A DNA stretch of 64,000 nucleotides from Candidatus Spongiisociaceae bacterium (GTDB lineage Bacteria; Actinomycetota; Acidimicrobiia; Spongiisociales; Spongiisociaceae): assembly GCA_965219685.1 (NCBI GenBank), contig CBDCOH010000002.1, positions 2,752,001 to 2,816,000 of the forward strand, in the 5' to 3' direction. Positions 59,748 to 64,000 of the stretch are shown here, piece after piece. A model generated the notes under the pieces. That model was given only the letters and a program-made list of their open reading frames with translations, made no database searches and was not told the origin of the DNA. Positions within the stretch are counted from its first letter, which is position 1, and every line of letters starts with the position of its first letter. The position numbers were made by a program, and so were the translations under genes.

Positions 59748-60389
59748 TCACGTCACCGCGGGCGGGACGCCGCCCGGGCGGTCTCCGAACTCGGGCGGCT
59801 CGGTCCGGGTCCGCTTCAGCTCCCAGAAGCTGGGCGTGCGGGTGGCCTCCACGACGATGTCCCAAAGCCGCAGAGACTCGTCGGCGGGCGGGACCTTGGT
59901 GATTACCGGGCCGAAGATGCCCACCCTCGCGCCCTCGCAGTCGTCCATCGCGATGATCGGCGTTCCCACATCCTGGCCCACCAGATCGAGGCCCGCGTCC
60001 ATGCGCGCCCGGATCTCCGTGTCCCAGGATGCGTCGTCGAACGCACCGGCGTGAGTTGTGTCCAAGCCACTGCCGGACAGCACCTCTCCCACGTCGAAGT
60101 CGAAGAGTTGCCGGTCGTGATGGATCCGGGTCCCGAACCCCCAGTAGGCGCGGAAGACACCCTCGTTGCCGTATTCGGTCCTCACCGACTCCATCACCCG
60201 CAGCAGACGGTGGGTCCGCAGCGACGCTGCGTAGCGGTCCGAGCCCGGATCGGGCCGGTTCTTGAACAGGAGACTGATCGGCTCCCACTCGATGCTCAGG
60301 TCCCTGACCGGAGACACCTCGTCGACGACCCACCGGGCCGTCACCCAGCACCACGGTCAGACGGGATCTACCCAGAAGGAGATGTTCAT
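59748..60389 (-). CDS. Rv2466c/DsbA-like mycothiol-dependent reductase with in-frame UGA (probable selenocysteine, UPWC)
   Basis: MNISFWVDPV-UGA-PWCWVTARW...VGQDVGTPII...FGPVI...FWELKRTR; AAGGA RBS; SECIS-like hairpin. Confidence 0.8.
60324..60356 (-). promoter_or_regulatory. Candidate bacterial SECIS element
   Basis: GACGGCCC-GGU-GGGUCGUC stem-loop; loop starts with G, 22 nt after the UGA. Confidence 0.6.
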
Positions 60390-60439
60390 CGTCCGTCCTT
60401 TCCTACACCCGGAACGGTAGCGGGACGAGCAAGGGCAAG

Positions 60440-63010
60440 CTACCCGTGGGATTCCGCTTGGGCCGTCAGGGCCTCCGTAACCGGCCCCGTCTCCCGTTCG
60501 CGCATCATCACCATGGCCCGCAACCGTTCGAGTTTCTGCTCGAGCGCCTTGGCCGCATGCGGTAGCGGGTTCTCGGCGAAGAAGGTACCGACCTCGGACG
60601 CGACTTCGGGACGCGATAGGGCGGGAAGGCCCTCGATCATGCGGGAGTGGGTCATCGGAGGGAGACCGGCCGACATCGCGGGCCACTTCTCCGTCAGCCG
60701 CTCCCACGCGTAGGGTCCCGACACGCGATTGGCCAGCATCCTCCCCAGAACCCAGGTGGTGTCCTGGTTGCGGATGGTCCCGTCGTCCATGAGACCCAGG
60801 GTGCGGTCCACCGCCTCCGGGTCGTCGAACGAGGCCAGCGCTCGCAGGTACTTCATCGCCTCCTGTGGGTTTGCGGCATCCTTGTGCCTGGCCAGGAAGG
60901 CCCGGTAGGTGGAGGCATCCCCGTGGGCGGCGCACACGAAGATGCATGCGGATCCCACCTCGGGGTCGACCGCGGTCGGCTCCGACAACAACCGCTCCCA
61001 CGTGCTGCGAGCCCGGTCGACGGTCTCCTGGTCGTTGGCGAGGCAGCCCATGGCGGTAATGATCCGGCCACGCAGGCGCCGCACCAGGTCGCTCTCGCCC
61101 TCCGGCGGTCGCCACCCCAGGCGGTCCAGGACCGGTGCGGCGAGGCCGGACACCCAACGCTCGTACCGGGGACGGACCCCACTCGAGACCAGGTGATGTC
61201 CGATGCCGGCGGCCCCGCCCAGAACGGCGCCCCAAACCGCCTGCTCCGTCTCGCCGGCGAACGACGGCGCCAACGTCATGAACGACGGCGCCCCTGCCTG
61301 TCCGGACTCCACGAAGGCCCATGCGTCGTCCGCCACCGCGAAACGCTCCAGCGGGTCCAGTTCGTCGAGCCGGGCGAGGAGAGCCGCCTGGAGTGACTCC
61401 TGGTAGAGCGTCCGGTAGAACCCGTATCCTGCGGCGTTGGCGACCACCCAGTCGACCGGACCGCCGGTCGGGATGACCGCTTCCGGACCGTCGAGCAGCG
61501 CCTTCGTCTCGAAAGGCTCGCCGCCGGCACTTCCCCGGACCCGGACCGGGACCTTCCAGAGCGAGGAGTCCGAAGGATCGGGGATCAGCAGGAACCGGCC
61601 CTGGCGGAGGGCCACGCCTCCGGGGACGGCCCTTACCGACACCTGGGGATAGCCACCCTGGAGGATCCAGGTGTCCATGATGTCGCCCACCGGCCATCCG
61701 GAGGCCTCGTCGAGACTTCGCCACAGATCCTCGGTCTCGGTGTTGGCGTAGGCATGGGCCCGCAGGTAGGCGCCGACTCCACCGCGGAAGGCCTCCTCGC
61801 CGACGTGCTGCTCCATCATGCGGAGAACCGCGGAGCCCTTGCCGTAGGTGAGGGCATCGAACATGCCCTCCGCGTCCTCGGGCGAACGGACCTCGTACTC
61901 GACGGGGCGGGTGCCGGCCAACTCGTCCACCTTGAAGGCCCAGGGCCGCTCCACAGCGACGAACTCCAGCCACCGCTTCCACTCCGGACGGTAGGCGGCG
62001 GTGGCCTTCATCTCCATGAAGGTGGCGAAGGCTTCGTTCAACCAGATACCGTTCCACCACTTCATGGTGACCAGGTCGCCGAACCACATGTGCGCCAACT
62101 CGTGGCCGATCACGTCCAGGACCCGCATCTTCTCGCTGGTGGTGGCGGTGGTCTCGTCGACCAGCAGTACCGACTCGCGGTAGGTGATGCAGCCGAGGTT
62201 CTCCATCGCCCCGAAGGCGAAGTCGGGAATCGCCACCATGTCCACCTTGTCGCCCGGGTAGGGAATCCCGTAGTAGGAGGCGAGGTAGTCCAGGCAGAAC
62301 CGGCTGCAGGCGAGGGCGAACCCGGTCAGGTGCTCCTTACCCCTCGGTGCGATGATGCGGAGGGGAACGCCGTTGACGTCGATGGGTTCGGTCGCCTCGA
62401 AGGGACCCACGACGAAGGCGACCAGGTACGTGGACATCTCGATCGTGTCGGCGAAGGTCACCGCCACTTTCCCGTCGCCCGCCGGCGCCCTGGCGGTCTC
62501 GGCGCCGTTCGAGACGGCCATCAGGTCCCCGGGCACGACCAGGGTGACGCCGAAGGAGGCCTTGAAATCCGGCTCGTCCCAGCAGGGGAAGGCACGCCGG
62601 GCGTCGGTGGCTTCGAACTGGGTGGTGGCTATGACCTGCTCGCGGCCATCCACATCTGTGAAGGTGGAACGGTAGAAGCCTCTCAACTGGTCGTTGAGGA
62701 TCCCGCTGAACCGGCAGTGGAACTCGGCCGGACCCTCCGGGACCTCTCCTGCCAATGTGAGGACCGCCCGTTGCGCCTCCTCGTCGTACTCCACGCCGGC
62801 GCCCACCCGGCGCCCGTCACCGACGACGAACCAGGCCTCGTGGATGTCCAGTTCGATGGCGTTCAGCACCACCCGGTCGGTGGCCCCGGTCACCTCCACC
62901 TCCACTGCCTCGGTCCCGCTGAAGGTGGCCGCCTCGAGGTCGGGCTCCAAGCGAAGGCGGTAGTGCCTGGGCACCACGTTGCGCGGCAGCCGGTACGGGT
63001 CCTCGTTCAT
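60440..63010 (-). CDS. M1-family aminopeptidase with ERAP1-like C-terminus
   Basis: TQFEATDARRAFPCWDEP, GAMEN, HELAH..WLNE, YGKG. Confidence 0.93.
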   Translation of the reverse strand: MNEDPYRLPRNVVPRHYRLRLEPDLEAATFSGTEAVEVEVTGATDRVVLNAIELDIHEAWFVVGDGRRVGAGVEYDEEAQRAVLTLAGEVPEGPAEFHCRFSGILNDQLRGFYRSTFTDVDGREQVIATTQFEATDARRAFPCWDEPDFKASFGVTLVVPGDLMAVSNGAETARAPAGDGKVAVTFADTIEMSTYLVAFVVGPFEATEPIDVNGVPLRIIAPRGKEHLTGFALACSRFCLDYLASYYGIPYPGDKVDMVAIPDFAFGAMENLGCITYRESVLLVDETTATTSEKMRVLDVIGHELAHMWFGDLVTMKWWNGIWLNEAFATFMEMKATAAYRPEWKRWLEFVAVERPWAFKVDELAGTRPVEYEVRSPEDAEGMFDALTYGKGSAVLRMMEQHVGEEAFRGGVGAYLRAHAYANTETEDLWRSLDEASGWPVGDIMDTWILQGGYPQVSVRAVPGGVALRQGRFLLIPDPSDSSLWKVPVRVRGSAGGEPFETKALLDGPEAVIPTGGPVDWVVANAAGYGFYRTLYQESLQAALLARLDELDPLERFAVADDAWAFVESGQAGAPSFMTLAPSFAGETEQAVWGAVLGGAAGIGHHLVSSGVRPRYERWVSGLAAPVLDRLGWRPPEGESDLVRRLRGRIITAMGCLANDQETVDRARSTWERLLSEPTAVDPEVGSACIFVCAAHGDASTYRAFLARHKDAANPQEAMKYLRALASFDDPEAVDRTLGLMDDGTIRNQDTTWVLGRMLANRVSGPYAWERLTEKWPAMSAGLPPMTHSRMIEGLPALSRPEVASEVGTFFAENPLPHAAKALEQKLERLRAMVMMRERETGPVTEALTAQAESHG

Positions 63011-63161
63011 CACATGACTCCAGCGTTAGGGAAGAGCCGGACGGAATCTCTACGACGGGATACGATCATTCCCGTATGAGGCTCGCCGGCATCACCCTCA
63101 TGATATGCGCTGCAGGGGACGGGTTCTGCCCGGTGCGGTCCGGCCGGGAGGGGGCCGGACG

Positions 63162-64000
63162 GTGACCGGCCCCGGCGCGCTGCGGTTCGATCCCATCCTG
63201 GTGCCCAAGCCGTGGGGCGGGACGAGGCTGGCGAGCCTCGACAAGGAGCCAGCGGCCCGCCACGTTCCCGGAACTCGCTACGGCGAGTCGTGGGAGGTGG
63301 CGGACCTCCCGCGCGGGGCGCTCTCCGCGGCCGAACGAGGGCGAACGAGGGTGGCGGCCGGGCCCCATCGGGGCAAGACGCTCCGAAGGCTGATCGCCGA
63401 GCAAGGGTCCGGACTCCTCGGCTCCGCATCCCCGACCCCTGCCGGTGACTTCCCCCTCCTGTTCAAGCTGCTCGACACGGCCGAGCACCTGTCGATCCAG
63501 GTCCATCCCGACGAGACCTGGACCGCGCTCAACCCGGGGTGGCTGCCGAAGACCGAGTCCTGGTACGTGCTCGACGCGGCGCCGGGAGCGGCCATCTACA
63601 AGGGCTTGCGGCCCGGGGTGGGGATAGGGGACGTGCGTGCAGCCGCGGGGACACCCGCTCTGGACGGTCTCCTGCGCAGAATCCCGGTCCGGCGGGGAGA
63701 ATTCCACCATCTCCCGTCCGGGACAGTCCACGCCCTCGGTGCCGGCGTGACCGTTGCCGAGGTCCAGACCCCGTCGGACACCACCTTCCGACTCTACGAC
63801 TGGACCGAGAAATACGACCGACCGCCCCGGCGGTTGCAGATCGAGCGAGGACTCGATGCCCTCTCCCTCGATGCCCCGGACCTCTCGCAGGGCCGCATGA
63901 AAGGCGATGGGGTCCGCCGCCTGGTGGACGGACCCCACTTCTGGATCCGCGAACACATGGCCACCGAGGGCCCGATCATCCTGCGGGATCTCCCGGAACT
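63162..64000 (+). CDS. manA: Type I mannose-6-phosphate isomerase (partial, runs off window)
   Basis: Manual translation: KPWGG, GESWE, FPLLFKLLD, LSIQVHPD, KTESWY, GTVHALG, EVQTPSDTTFRLYDW. Confidence 0.85.
   Translation, partial: MTGPGALRFDPILVPKPWGGTRLASLDKEPAARHVPGTRYGESWEVADLPRGALSAAERGRTRVAAGPHRGKTLRRLIAEQGSGLLGSASPTPAGDFPLLFKLLDTAEHLSIQVHPDETWTALNPGWLPKTESWYVLDAAPGAAIYKGLRPGVGIGDVRAAAGTPALDGLLRRIPVRRGEFHHLPSGTVHALGAGVTVAEVQTPSDTTFRLYDWTEKYDRPPRRLQIERGLDALSLDAPDLSQGRMKGDGVRRLVDGPHFWIREHMATEGPIILRDLPE

Noticed and set aside
59748-60389. Nonsense pseudogene, or short ORF starting at 60344
   Set aside because: The stop falls exactly on the catalytic Cys, has a SECIS-like hairpin, and the rest of the gene is intact; not fully excluded without sel genes

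Overview
High-GC chromosomal window from an actinobacterium, most likely Acidimicrobiia. This is inferred from a PimB-like glycosyltransferase, F420-type LLM enzymes, an Rv2466c homologue and the HAD-ssd-tad-DUF1998 helicase-hppA gene order. A marine or host-associated lifestyle is suggested but not shown. It holds about 60 mostly housekeeping or catabolic genes: polyamine ABC uptake, queG, tpx, twin histidine phosphatases, a membrane pyrophosphatase, glcB, a zinc island, a Tad locus, pyrimidine uptake and catabolism, leuCD, lgt, a TRAP transporter, an M1 aminopeptidase and manA. Small accessory inserts include a HEPN pair, NYN, HicAB and two coiled-coil mini-proteins. No rRNA, tRNA, transposase or true CRISPR array was seen. 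Best leads: (1) a DAHP-synthase domain that has lost nearly all its catalytic motifs, fused to an intact-looking chorismate mutase and preceded by an unannotated leaderless Tyr/Phe leader-peptide attenuator; (2) an Rv2466c-like oxidoreductase with an in-frame UGA at the first Cys of CxxC plus a SECIS-like hairpin, a probable selenoprotein; (3) a 6S-RNA-like rod; (4) a stand-alone HECDTHEHH-repeat peptide that shares its motif with the adjacent CDF exporter, which is preceded by three Fur/Zur-like boxes at an exact 71-bp period; (5) dispersed, partly inverted heptamer arrays at gene 3' ends. All family calls are by eye from motifs, not from database searches.
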